From Oikopleura dioica (taxonomy: Eukaryota; Animalia; Chordata): 64,000 nucleotides of DNA. The position numbers and the translations under genes were made by a program. Numbering within the stretch: position 1 is the stretch's first letter; every line of letters starts with the position of its first letter. A model generated the notes under the pieces. The model saw only the letters and a program-made list of their open reading frames with translations. It did no database searches and was not told the DNA's origin. Of this stretch, positions 23,194-36,142 are shown piece after piece. The stretch lies in NCBI GenBank assembly GCA_907165135.1, contig OU015566.1, forward strand, positions 6,758,001-6,822,000, read 5' to 3'.

Positions 23194-26100
23194 TTAATGG
23201 CCGAATCTGTTTTCGGGAAAAATAGGCGCTGACAGAGGATTCTTTACAATCTTGGAGGCGCTTTCTGGTGAGCGGAGAACATGGCCGGGGCCCATTTGGC
23301 TGGCGTTGGGGAGCAGGTGGTCGGGGGAAGAGATGTAGTGCGCCACGAGGTCCTTAACGCTGATATTGAATATTTCCATTTTCTAGTAGCTGCTATAACC
23401 TGTCGGGTATCAAATCGAGCGGGGCAACGATCGCAGTTTGTTCCGCTTCCTTTTTCGGGAGAAGCATGTTTGTTGATTTCCTGTGGGAGCATATTGAAAA
23501 GGTCCAATCCCGACATCGGCGCCATCGAACGCGCCGGGGGCGAAATCATCGCGCGTGGGTTGATTGGCAGAGATTGGGACAAAGCAGGAGGCGCTGGAAG
23601 AGAAAGATGGGTAGCGTGTTGGGCGACTCGAGCGCGCTTGTTGAATTGAAGAGTTTGATCCGACTGTTTTTCTCGGAGACGCATGATCGAAGCAATGTGC
23701 GTTCTGTTCACATCCTTGCCCCATCGAGCGGCGAAATGCTCGGCGATCTGGTTGAATGTCATTTCCGTGCTAGAATTAACTTATTGAATCGAATTAGTTG
23801 TTATGATAAATACTGGTAAGACTGGAGAAAAAGCCGTATTTATGCTTCATTAGTTTTTAATTCGAAAAATTAGTAAATGCCATTCAAGTAAATGACTGCT
23901 GTATTTAGACCAACAATACAAGACTAGTAACATTCGAGTACTGTTAATGGAACTTACCCATGATCCGCCAGAAAGTTTGAAATCTCCTCTCGCTCCTCCG
24001 GTGTCAGCATGACTCGAGATCGTTTTCTTTTCATGACCATTGGACCGTCCTGGGCTGATCCCTCGTCGACAAATTTGTAGTGTGTCTGGGTACAGTCTTT
24101 GTACGCTTCGTCGAGCCACTTTTCCAGGTTTTCTTTGGTGGTGATGATTTGCCTGAGAAGATTTGTAAACATAAACGTCTATGGCTCAGTAGCGATCTAT
24201 TCAGTGGTTCATCTTTTGATTCGAACTTACCGAGCTGTGACTGTCCTGTTCCAAGCTTCAGTGAAGTACTTTGCGTACTCTGGATAGGTCTTGTTTGGAT
24301 TCTCTTTGATGAATTTGGCGATGATGTGTTTTTCGCCAAAGCTGAGTCGAATGAATGGCTTTCGTTTTTGAAGAGGTTCAATCGGTCGGTTTTGACGGCC
24401 CGTTCCAGTTCGCCCAACAAACTGACTAAAAAAGGAAAAGGATAAGAAACAAGCCAAGGTTCATAGCAAACGCCCAGTCATCAGTAAAAATGTGTATTTT
24501 ACAATAATATGGAATTATCTCCGCAGTTTATTTTCGACAATAACACGCAAATTGATATTCAATTACTCAAGAAATACGGCAATTACAAACGAACAAAGTT
24601 CACTTACTCTGAAAGCTGCTGATGCTGAGCGGCGAGAAAGTTGTGATTGAGCCCATTTGAAGCTTCAAGAAGTGCTTTCATTTCGCTGATTCGTTGAGCC
24701 TCGACGTATGCGTTTGGAGGTGAGGATCGTTGGATAGTTTCTGGCGATTGCTGGTTCAGCTGCCAGGGAAGCATTTGCGCTGAAGATAAATTTTTATCAA
24801 GTGGTAGTTTTGCGTGTTTAATTTCGTGCTACGGGCGGACATTTCAACACAATTTTTTTGATAAAGGAAACTTGTCTATTTTCAACGCGGCCAGTTCATA
24901 AATTTGTGTTCATGAAAGAACTGAAAGATCCATCAAGAGTCTAAAAATATCGGTCTACACAGGCCTTGGACATAAGAAATGCGAAATAACATGATGAATG
25001 TTGTTATGATCACCCAATTTCTTTTTGCGAGTTTGTTTTGGACATAGAACTAACGTCACGAATAAATTATTACCAGGTTACTCAAGAACTCAGTAATTAC
25101 AAAACAATTTGAAAACTAAGAGCATCAATTGATGTCTTTAATAAATTGAACTATTTTCCGTGACCACGCGGTTCCCAATCATCCGTTCAAGTCATCTCCA
25201 TTTTTACCAAATGACTACTTCGTAAATCAACCAATTTTTACAGTCTTAATCGCAACTCGCGAAAATTCACGCTGCCTGCTTAAGTTTTGTACAAGCAGAA
25301 AAATTGGCTCGCAACTGGACGCAAACACCTTTCTGCTAGATTTATCATCTTTCTTAAAAATTCAAGCAAAAGATGGATGTGAAAATTTTTGACTGTAAAA
25401 TATTTCTTTAAGAATTCATTAATAATGACGTTTTCGGGGGCTCTATATCATTGTTATGCGCAAAAGATGATTTTTGAAAGTCTTTTATGAAAAGCCGCGC
25501 AGCGGCTTTTTTAAAAACGAAGGCGCGAGGCGGCTTCGCAAATATATTTTTCTATCTTATCATCATATTCTGGCGAAGCCGCTTTGCGCCTTCGATTTCA
25601 AAAAAGCCGCTGCGCGGCTTTCAATTTCGGATCTTTGAGACCCTGACTCAGGCTTTCTACACAGGTTAGCAGACATAGCTAGTAGAATTCTAGTGTATTT
25701 TAAGAAATGAGACACTTTTTTTGATAAAAAGCAAAAATTCGAGACAGGGATTAATTAAAGCTGCCGTGCACGTGATAAGGCCCGCTAGGGTTACACCAAA
25801 TTGTACTCACGTGATGACTGTTGCTGATGCTGCTGGCGACGGTTGCGAAGGTGATCGATGAGCTCTGGCGTGATGTCCTTGCGAAATTTCGTGCTGAAGA
25901 GCAGTGCCGCGTCGCTAGAAGTGACATTCGGATTGTCCGATAAAAACTGACGCATCTCGTCGATTTCCTCGTCGCTAATGTTGTGCCGCGGCGCTGGACT
26001 CAGGCTCATTCGTTGAAGATCGAGGGGCGATGTTGAGTTAGTTTCTGAGGATGGACCGGGCTGAAGATACAATTGGTTATATCAACTGATGAAATAACGT

Positions 26101-26734
26101 AATTTTATCGATTATTGTGCGTAAAAACGATTTAAACGGGGCTACCGCAGGTTTTTTTTTATCAAAAAAATATTTTTCTATTTTATGTAGGCCAACTCGT
26201 CGTTGTTGTTCCTCTTTGGAAGTTACAAGTTGGAACGTAAGGTACAGGTAGTAGGGAATTATCGATAAGTACGCACCTAATCCTACTGGGGTTAGGGTTA
26301 CCCTGTACCTAACGGTAGCCCTCTCGATCCCCAGTCTGGCCTCGGCAACTTGTGAAGAAAACCGGGTCTGAAAGAGCTAGAATGAAAAGGCGCTTAGCGG
26401 TTTCGTCATTAAAAGAGCCGCCTCGCGGCTTTTCATTCAATATTTTTCGGACCCTAACTCTGGTGTTCTCAATAGTTTGCTGAGCCCAGCCTTGGATGTC
26501 CCTATCATCATCACTATCCGAAAAGAAAGTTCCTAATCAGGTTGATTCTTACCGATTGTGGACTTTCACCAGAGCTTCCAGCGCCATCTGAGTTGTTGTT
26601 GACCTGTAGGTTGTTTTTAATCTTGGCAATAACATCAAAAGCCTTTTGCGCGGTTGAACACGCACTTCAACGATCCTCGAAAGGTAGTTAGTTGTTTCGC
26701 AATCTACAGTTATACTTTGCGCTCCTACAAGCAT
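23194..26734 (-). CDS. Putative transcription factor with three CENP-B/ABP1 N-terminal-like HTH repeats and a C-terminal C2H2 finger
   Basis: In-phase exons encode RHNISDEEIDEMRQFLSDNPNVTSSDAALLFSTKFRKDITPELIDHL; KRKPFIRLSFGEKHIIAKFIKENPNKTYPEYAKYFTEAWNRTVT; KRKRSRVMLTPEEREEISNFLADHGTEMTFNQIAEHFAARWGKDVNRTHIASIM; then CDRCPARFDTRQ|DLVAHYISSPDH across a 47-nt intron. One junction (~24176) needs +1 nt. Confidence 0.75.
25488..25672. mobile_element. Palindromic MITE family H (hAT-like ends), partial copy
   Basis: Internal inverted repeat GAAAAGCCGCGCAGCGGC...GCCGCTGCGCGGCTTTC; right end GACCCTGACTCAGG...ACACAGGTT. Confidence 0.75.
26241..26309. mobile_element. 69-bp MITE with TAA target duplication (PIF/Harbinger, Tourist-like)
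   Basis: TAA|GGTACAGG...CCTGTACC|TAA, with an internal GGGGTTAGGGTTA. Confidence 0.55.
26341..26487. mobile_element. MITE family H, degenerate copy
   Basis: CTCGGCAACTTGTG...TTTGCTGAG ends, with internal AAAAGGCG...GCGGCTTTTC. Confidence 0.6.
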
Positions 26735-27928
26735 GTCTTGAGTCACATTCCAAATCAGCAATTATCTTGCTTCGTGTTTATTGTTATGTTAAACTAGAGT
26801 TGAAATCAAGAATTAGCTGGGGCGGAATTTCCGCTGCGGAAACTGCGTGTTTTGGGTACAAACAGTTCCTTACTCGTGGAGTTATCGAATTATTACTTTA
26901 GTTGAACAAAGAGAGGAGTAAGGACGAGAGCCCATTCGCCTATTGGAGACTAGAAACAACCGCTTTCCTGATTCTTGGGCAATAATGCTTGAATGAAAGC
27001 AACTAGATTTGGCGTCAGCGTAAATGATAGTCCTTTTTCTTCATCGCCGGGAGAATATGCTTTTTACAGGCTCAACTCTCCGATGTTTTCACAGCTGAAA
27101 AAATTAGACATCAGACGAAAAGGAACTAATTCCTTCTCGAATCAAAAAGTTCTCGAGTTTATTTTGACGAGCTAACTCTCGTACAAAAACTCAATTACGA
27201 GATAAAAAAAAAATTTTGAAAATTTCAAATTTCAAAATTGAAAAATTGAAAAGGAGGCGCCCAGGCTGAGCCACCGTCTGCTAGAAAAATGTCTCATTAG
27301 AGCCGTGAAATCGGCATTTTCACGTTGAGACAGATTTCACTTTACTTTTGGCCGCGGCGAAAATTGCCACTGCACCTTAATCTCGCTGCTCAGACAGAGA
27401 ATAAACGTCTGAATATTTGATCAAATACTAGAAAAGTAAATTATACAATGAATAGAAATTTTAATAAATAACACTTCTGTCTACCCATTCTACTGTGATA
27501 ATCAGGCCAAGAGTCAGAAAACCTGACTCAGGTTTTTAACAGGGTTTGCTAAACTCAAATGCCAGGAAATGGCGCTAAAAGAGCCTGTAATTCTAAATTA
27601 CCCCAAGCTCAAATTAGATAATAGATGCTACTGTTGTCTTCAAGCCTTGTTAGAAATTTAAAACTGAAGCAAGATTACAGCGCATTTATACTGGACGTCG
27701 CTCCGGCCCAGGATTAGGGGTACTGGCGGACAGCCAGGGAGACCGATCAAGTTTCGTAGGGTTCATTTTTTATGTCCTCTCAAATGACCATTCCAACTTC
27801 TCAGTCGTAAAAGTCATCCTTTCATAAAAAAATGGCGCGATTTTGAAAATTCCGGGTTATTTTTATTGCCGAGTTCATCGTTTTTTCGTACTCGTTTATA
27901 GGTACCCCTTGCGCCATTTTTTATAGCG

Positions 27929-28109
27929 CTCGGCAACCTGTGTTCAAAACCTGAGTCAGGGTCAAAAAGATCTCTATTGAAAATCCGCGTAGCGGCTTTT
28001 TTTATAACCGAAGCCGCAAAGCGGCTGCGCCGGAATTTGAATATTCACGCTGTTTTATTATTAGAGATCTTCCAGACCCTGACTCAGGTATTCTACACAG
28101 GTTGCCAGG
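27929..28109. mobile_element. MITE family H, near-complete copy
   Basis: GGCAACCTGTGTTCAAAACCTGAGTCAGGGTC...GACCCTGACTCAGGTATTCTACACAGGTTGCC inverted ends. Confidence 0.8.
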
Positions 28110-28124
28110 CCCATCAAAACCCAC

Positions 28125-29670
28125 CCTCTTTGAAAGTCTGATTTTTGAGCCCTTTCCTTGATTACTCTGTTCTCTTTCTGGAGCTTGCTCTGGAAAGCTG
28201 AAAGCGCCTGACTGTGGAATGCCTGTATGAATACTCTCCATTTCGTCCTCCTCGTCGCCGATATACTCTACATCGTCTTCGCTCTCCTGTATCTGAATGT
28301 GAATGTTTGAAATCAGCGATTGAAAAATTGGCGAGAGACAGAGGCTGATGAATTTTGCCATTTTCCAAATTCATGTCTCAGGAAAAAAAGATTTAAATAA
28401 TTTGATCTTTTTCCGAAGCAAATTAAGGGGGTAGAACTAGATTTTTCGAAATTCCGTGATTTTCGGGAGGCACACTTTAATAAGTAAAACCTGTTTTTAC
28501 TTATGATATCGCATTTTCCTCAAAAATGTTGCTAGATAAAGGGTTAAACTATCTTAAAATGAGATTTAAAAATTTTGGCTAGTCACGTGACTCGAGAAAT
28601 TTGAGGACGCGAATACGCTAAAATTGCGACTTTCGAAGAGGTGGGTTGAAGTTTCGCTCTCTAACGCCAAATTGTCTTGACGAAAAAAAATTTTAAGAAA
28701 AATGTTGTTAGATCTAGGTTTGTTCTTTCTTCAGCCGAAGAGAGAATTTGAAAATCTTAGCTCTCCTGGCTTTGAGCGCCGGTCTAGAATCGCCTATTTT
28801 CGAAAAACCTAGTTCTACCCCCTTAAACAAATATATTATAATAATATTGCAATGGAGAGAATTAATTTCATTATTCGGATGCCCAAATTACCACAAAATC
28901 AATTACTTTTATCATCTTTTTTAATATTATTATTATAATTTTCGTAATATTACTTTATCTTGATACCGTATAAATAACGAGTATCTTTGATCACGTGATG
29001 AATTATTACGCAATATCCGGATGATTTTTTGATGCAAAACTGTCTCGTAGACATTCTCCTCAGTACTTTTACCGATATTTTTTCTTACAGTAAAATATTT
29101 CAAAAATTACGCCATCAAATCGACCTTTCCGGGTCTGGGAGACACAGGAGAGAGTACGGTCAAACTCAATTTACGTAAAACAGGATGATTTTCCGTAAAA
29201 AAAACGAAGATGCCACTCCCATTCACGAGGTACGCAGCATATAGCGATATGACATCACCGGATATTGAAAAATTTAAGCTCAGCCCTGCTCTATTTCCTT
29301 CAGTGAATGACTAGCTCTATTCTTGGCTAAGAAACCTGTGTAAAAAAACTGAGTCAGGGTCTGAAAATTTTAAATGAAAAGCCGCGGCTTTTATAAAAAC
29401 GAAGCCGCGAAAATACTCTTTTGATTTAATTTTTTAAAACTATGATTTTGAAATCCTGAGTCAGGGTTTTTACACAGTCAACTCAGTTTTGAAAAATTAA
29501 ATCAAAAGAGTATTTTCGCGGCTTCGTTTTTATAAAAGCCGCGGCTTTTTATTTAAAATTTTCAAATCCAAACTCAGGTTTTAACACAGGTTTCTCAGTC
29601 TGTCTCTTACCTCAATTTTGACGAATTCGTCCATCTTGCTCCTTCCGGCTGCGTTTTCAATTTGGCTCAT
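28125..29670 (-). CDS. Two coding exons (29670-29611, 28292-~28125), probably the 5' end of the triple-HTH gene
   Basis: MSQIENAAGRSKMDEFVKIE|gtaag...cag|IQESEDDVEYIGDEEDEMESIHTG..., phase 0 to phase 0; VKIE fits a SUMO consensus. The link to the 26734 exon is possible but unproven. Confidence 0.55.
28427..28822. mobile_element. TTAA-flanked MITE, family C
   Basis: TTAA|GGGGGTAGAACTAG...CTAGTTCTACCCCC|TTAA. Confidence 0.88.
29327..29598. mobile_element. MITE family H, long-palindrome copy
   Basis: AGAAACCTGTGT...ACACAGGTTTCT ends and ~100-bp inverted arms (AAAAGCCGCGGCTTT..AAAAACGAAGCCGCGAAAATACTCTTTTGATTTAATTTT). Confidence 0.8.
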
Positions 29671-32600
29671 GTTTCCAACTGTGCGCGGGTTTTTTTACTT
29701 TCTAGGAAAAAAATTCTAAATAAGCGCTCTTTCTGTGCCTCTCGGTGTCGATTTTGATAGTTTTGTGTTCGTCTCTGCCCGGTCAAAAAAAATGTAGAGT
29801 CGGAAAGGCGCAGTAGTAAAAAGTTGAGCCCGGCGCCGTCCAGTAATAGTCAGCTCGGGCGAATAACTGAAGTGGCGGTGATGAATTTTTAGTTTTTTGA
29901 CTCGCAAGAAATTGAAAAGAAAAACCGCCCGACTCAAATTGATCAAAACTCTTACTGTTGCGAAGAATAGTCATACTTTTTGGGTCGAATTTTTACTTAT
30001 AAAATCGAAATTTTTGACTCAAAAATAAATCAATATTTCCACCAAAATTCTAATTAGTTAAAATTGATAAAATTTATACTGAAATTGAAAATTGGCGACA
30101 ATTTTGACCAAAATTTTGGTCAAATTTTAGACGAATCAAATTTCCGCATCCGGCCTATTAGTTCAACCAGTATTTTAGAAAAAATTATGGCAGAAACTCG
30201 AATTTTTGTCACATTTTTTGGTCGATTCGAGCCGCCACCCCAAAAATTTTGGTCATAAAAATCTTGGCCTTTTCGAGGCTATGAAATCAGTGATATTCCG
30301 ACTTGCCTTTACTGTGATAAGGAGCTTTTGAGCCTTTTTGATTCTCGCTTTTTGTTCTATCTGTTTGTATGACTTACAGTGACTGAACTACAGGCAACTT
30401 CTTTCTACAGCTCTTTGAATTCTGGAAACGCGCGAAAAATGGGCTATCTCGAGATCGCGAAAAAAAAATTAAAAAGGAAGGGCCTGTATGTTTGCGGGTA
30501 TCCTCCCTCTAGGGGGAATTTTTTCACTGCTCCGGTAGCTTGTGTTTTTTGTTGTTTTTAGAGCAAGTGAAGCGTAGCGCTCGCACAACAGTAGAAACAG
30601 TAAAACAATAAAACACTACGACGAGTGGTACCTAAATATGGACTGTCCTCCTTTGCCCGAAAAAAAAGAAAAGAAGGGATTGAGCTGCTTGTAGTTAGCT
30701 TGGCCTCCTTTTTATGGCATTCGGGATGGTGGGTGATTGATCAAGGTAGGATGAAATCTAAAATTAAATCATGTTTCTGATAATATCGCGGAAGACATAA
30801 TTATGGCTTACGAACCATTTGAATAGATGTTCCGATAAAAACTCTCTTTCACTACCTTTTTTTGTAAAAACTGAGATTGAGGAACAATTATGAAAAGGGT
30901 TGTAATAGGGCTATGAAATTTAACATTTATCTTTGATTTTTCATAGTGAAACCCTTATTTTGTCATAATTGTTAAAATTTCTGAAAAATTTTTCCCGTGA
31001 TTTTTCCCCCTGATCATGTCTTCTACCGTTTTCTCCAGCCTTTAACCGTAAACTAACAACATCAGTTACAAACTGAGCATAAAGTATTTGTCCTAAAGAT
31101 CAAAGAATGAGACGATGATGCCTAGTTCGATTGTAAAATAATAAAACTAGTAAATTCTTGGAAGAGATTTTATTGTTTCCATCCTTAGTTCTGAAAGAAT
31201 ATTTTTCTACTGCGTAGCACAAGAATAACTAATCGCAAATCAATCATTGTTGATAATTAGACATTGGCTTAGTTCCACAGAAATGCGATTGTTTAAACGG
31301 AAGCTCCTGCTGAACCACGGAAAAGGGCACTGGATAGACAGGCAGCTCCATTAGACAGGGTTTAGCATTTTGGTTTATCAACCAGACTGGCTAGCTCAGC
31401 TACCGTATCCACCTGCATGCGGCCAGAAAAACGGGCCGGGGGAAGGGTAAACAGCTGAATTTTTTAAACAGCCTTTTCGAAAACACTGTACATATTTGGC
31501 CTCGGCTCCACGAGCTCTTTGAAATTAAAATTTAGGTCCCTCAGGATGAAAAGTTCATTCTGAAGATAGCCTTATTTTGGGAGAAACAAGATAAGCCCTA
31601 ATTTCTAGCGCGTTATTTGAGTATTGATAAAAGAGGTTGAATGAGGAACGCCAGGTTTTGATAAATGACATAGGGAATGTTACTGGAAGTTACTGTATGA
31701 TGAGGATATTGCTAGAAAGTCATGCTTATAATTGAAATAAGCGCTTCTGTATTTAATTGTACAGGTTGACCTATTGTTGAGAGCTATTCTTGAATCGTAA
31801 AAAATGGTAAATTGCAGGCCTGGCAGAAAGGCTTCCCGCAGTATGTCAGGTAGCTTATTACTGGCGGTCATGGGCATACAAGCCCAGTCTTGCAGACTGA
31901 GACTCAGTTTCGAAAGAGTTAACGAGCGCATCGAAAAAGAGACTGAGCTTCGAAATTTGATCCACGCGGGAGACAAATGCAAAATTAATGAGAGCACCCG
32001 AGGCTCTTTACAGTCTTCTAGAGCACTGGAACCGCGGGTTTAAAAGAATCAGCTCGATCATCGTTGACTCAGAAAATGATACATCGATCACGGTGCTCGA
32101 GGAGTTATTTTTCAGCGAACTTTTTTAACTCTACAAAAATTCGCAAAAAGCTCAAGAATAACCATAAATTTTGCTTGTTTCTTCCCAAAATCGATCGAAC
32201 TTGATTCGCTTAAATCGCTCGTTAGGGATTTCATACTGTGTCAAAAATAGGAGTGCCCAATTTTTATGCTCCAATTCATTTAACAATTGCTAATCTTTCT
32301 TATTTTATGATAAATATCCATCTTCTTTCTTTCAACTGTGAATTAATAGTCTCCTTCGCCGGTGCACGCTTACATAGGAGCACGTGGGCCCACAATACAG
32401 TAATTTGCTCCAAGCCCTTACTGAAGGCCACTTTTCTCACATAAAGCCGACAGATAAATATTTGAGCTTACACGAGAGTGAGTTTCTTTCCCACAGTTAC
32501 TTCCTTCCTATCCCCCAAGAACGCAGAAGCATTAGCGTAATTGACATAACTGTAAATATGCAAATACAGGCAAATACAATTCGCAAGTTTAATCGCAAAA

Positions 32601-32942
32601 TAAGCGACTTGACGCAACTCAATTGTAAATTGTCAATTGGCTAATTATCAGTAATTACGCGTTACAAGAAAAAGTTGATGTTACAGAGCTAGGGTTCGCG
32701 GAGTCTTACGGGCACGAGTACCCAAAACACTGACAGTGTTGTAACTGAGGCTCGTGAATTTGAAGCGTTCCCCTTATCAGTCTTTCCTTATCGCCATGTT
32801 TTCAACTCCAGGATACTTAGTCAAAGGCTGAATAAGAACTCTAGAACCAGGACGGCACAAAGTTCTTCAACTTATTCAGACCAGGTGGCATGTTGGCAAT
32901 ACGATGTTGTTCGAACTTTATTCTTAGTCTTTTCAAATTTAC

Positions 32943-33123
32943 GTAGCGGCTTTTCAGAATACGAAGCCGCGAAGCGGCTTCGCAAAATTTTTTTTTGCAT
33001 CCCAGTTTTCAATTCTGGCGAAGCCGCTTTGCGGCTTCGTTTAAAAAAAAGCCGCTACGCGGCTTTTCATCAAAGATATTCCAGACCCTGACTCAGGTTT
33101 TACACACAGGTCGCCGAGCCTAG
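32943..33123. mobile_element. MITE family H, right part
   Basis: GTAGCGGC...CGAAGCCGCGAAGCGGCTTCGC / GCGAAGCCGCTTTGCGGCTTCG...GCCGCTAC; end GACCCTGACTCAGG...CACACAGGTCGCCGAGCCTA. Confidence 0.8.
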
Positions 33124-33771
33124 ACCATTCCTAGATCAGTCTATCGGTTGTTTTCCCTAGAGAGTACCGCAGGAATTCTGTTTCTCCGCGGGTCACGTGA
33201 ACTTTCCGACGAATCGCGGAACATGTCAAAAACTTGCGTTTCCGCGTGCGCCAATTTATTTTCTACATTTTCCATAAACAATGAAAATGTTAGTTACTCG
33301 AGGGATAATTATGTTATGACATCAACCAGTGGATGTTTTTGCTGAAAACGTCTTACAACTGAGTATCACTGAGAGGTTGCTGAGTTCGCCGTGTTTTTTA
33401 GTACATGAATTTCGAATTCAGTGAGGAATGACTATCTCTTGAACTCTCTCTCAGAAGCCCCTGTCAGAAACTTCAAAGTCTGTATAATGAATATATACAG
33501 TACGAAGCGAAATGGCCCTGTAAGTCCTTACTGCGTTGCGAATGAGTCATCAAAACCGGGGAAGTAAAGTAAGGTATAAAGGAGATCAAGATTAAATGCA
33601 GTTCGATCTTCTAATGCACCCAACGGTTTCAAATTTTGTAGATTTGTATAAACACAGTCGTGGCTCGAAAATAAACTGAATAAAAAAACGAACTTTTTGA
33701 TCGAAAATGGTCGAATTTGATGATTGACTTTCCGTCTAAATTATGAGTGCAATTCTCTTCTTGCAAATTTA

Positions 33772-33990
33772 AGGGGGTCGACGAGAATCGGGATTTCCGT
33801 GACAAAAATGCGGAAAATCCTGATAAGATAGGCAAAATATGATTTTACTGGTGGATAGAAAAGAGTTGAAAAAATCAGGCGGCAAAAACTAGAAAAAATT
33901 TTGGCTAGAAAAAATCGGTCAAAATCCCGTCAAAGTAGGGCCATTTTCGCGAAAATGCACCAAAAATCGTTAATTTTTTTACAATTTTGT
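33772..33990. mobile_element. Truncated copy of MITE family A
   Basis: TTAAGGGGGTCGACGAGAATCGGGATTTCCGTGAC... aligns with 4712-4930; right TIR missing. Confidence 0.85.
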
Positions 33991-36142
33991 TCATCGTTGA
34001 ATATATAAACGATTATCTGATGATAATTATAATTCTTTCATCCTGAATTTTTATTGAGCGGCAGTTTTAAAATTTGAATAATCCATCTAATAAGGATCAT
34101 TTTTAATTTTGTAGCTCAACTCTTAATTCTTTGTTTCTAAAATTCCTTTGATCTGAAATTGCGAATTTATGGTTGCCGATTTGGCTCATAAAATCTAAGG
34201 AGTAAATATGGGATGCGTCCTTTTTTCCGTTCACGAGCGGGGGTGATCGACGAACACGGGATACACCGCGCTGCCCTAAGGTAGTAAGCTGGTAAAGTTT
34301 GGCGACTGATCAAGCGAGAACGAGGCCAAAAAAAGTGTAATTGAGAACTGTTCCAATTTCTTGGTATTTTATTCATCCGACCATAATATTTGTCTCTTAA
34401 AATCTAGTTATGAGACGCTTAAAATGGCTCTAATCAGAAACTCATATAAAAGCCCATTTGTTTTTGATAAATAATTTAAGAGAAAAAGAAGATAAAGAAA
34501 ACCCGTCCCGAAGAAATCACTGTGATTTTGTTCCGTCTTGACGTTTAAATTTGGTCCTTCGTTGAGCATACTTCCTCCAAAATCGTATTCTCTCTGTTCT
34601 CTTTTGTATCTCTCTTGTTTGTGTTGTTTATACTTCTTCCGGTCGCGAACGAGGGGTCCTCCGCTCTTTTTTGGGGTGAAATTTGGTCGTGGAAGAATCC
34701 AGTTCGGTTTGAGTTGACTGTAAACGCTGACAGCGCGGGCGCTAGAACAAGCTCTCGAAAGGTAGTTGAAAAGTCGTCGCGCTTGTCCAAAGTCAGCGAA
34801 GGCTCTCTCGGTCTGATACGGGAGAAGGACTAAGGGCGACAATGCGGGTATGACTGTTTTACTGACAGAAGTTGTTGAGTCCTATCACTAGCAGTTAGCA
34901 TTGGAGGAGCGCCGAGCCGGACCTCTAGCGCCATCTCAAGCCCCCTACCGCGCGCCGCGTCCGACACTAGTGCAAAAAAACTGTTCGCTACTAGCCCCTA
35001 CTCGTCATAAAAATAGCTTACGTGCTCGATCAGATCTTCTCGTAATCCGCAATTTTGCTTCCATAGCTTGTTTTTATGTTGTCGAGGCTGTTGGATATTT
35101 TATCTTTTCTTTTAGTACCGGTGTTGCAATTATTTCTTGGAAACTTTGAATTTGATCAAAACAATTTATTTTTAATCAAAAAAAAATAAAAAAAAAATCG
35201 AGAAGCGTTCTCTCTGAAAATATGATAGATAGACTTTGAATAATCTAACAGATAAGTTCCTTTAGTAAATTTTCTCAGTAAGGGTTAGGGTTACTTAGAT
35301 AAGGGTAAGGGCTAAAGAGACATGAAGTTTCTTCACCTTTTCCGTTGAGTATTGTCGCTTGGTGGCGCAATTTTCGACGAAAGCTAGCCAATCGAAACGA
35401 TGGCCTCCGGCGCGAGAAAAAGGATGATTTCTTTATCCTATGAATTCCTGTCTTTTTATGATATTTGACGTTATTATGTAAACCCAAAAACATTTCAATT
35501 AATTTTTTATCGCCAGGTACTAACTTTAAATATTTTGGATCTACAGTATTCTCTGATGACGCGTTGCTCATCCTATAAAAACTTACGAGGATAGCGGTGG
35601 ACAAGCACAAGTTCGAGCTTTTTTATTTTGAAAATCCATGGAATAGACTGAATTTTCCGAGATTAACTTTTGTACGGGGAACGGTGATCATGTTTTTTCG
35701 GTCATTTTAGAAAGAACTTTTTCGTTCCTTCCAAAATTTTCCCTGTAAATCACCGATCATCCTCGAAAAAATAAAAGCTGATAAAAATGAAATCAAATTT
35801 CTGAATCAAAGCAACAAAAGGTCTGGTGCATTTTTCTCCGCCAGCCGTGGCATTAGTCTGGTCTCGTCAACTTCACGGTTATTAGCCGATAAAATATCCG
35901 AGGGGAGGAGCTAGTGTAGTACCTGCTGCCCTCACGGAAATTGGAAATTCTGAGTCGCGCTGGTCAACGGCTGTCTGATCGCACCGTCTACACATTATAA
36001 CCGTGACTGATCGCGTTTCCAAACCCTGTGCAAGAATGATCCGCGCTCAAGATCCAAAGTCAAGGGCAAAATATTAAAAAATCATAAAAAAAATCGAGAC
36101 CACCCGAGAGTTATTGACTAAGACCGGCTTTTTCAGTGGATT

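Noticed and set aside
31680-32043. Overlapping 105-aa (-) and 79-aa (+) ORFs
   Set aside because: No recognisable motif or phase-consistent neighbouring exons.
34408-34880. 144-aa and 81-aa minus-strand ORFs as a defined gene
   Set aside because: No in-frame ATG, and two competing frames. It may be coding but cannot be supported as a call.
35275-35610. 111-aa ORF, and the 124-aa ORF at 36922-37296, as transposase remnants
   Set aside because: No DDE, THAP, Rep/helicase or RT motifs recognised; their ends are just translations of telomere-like repeats.
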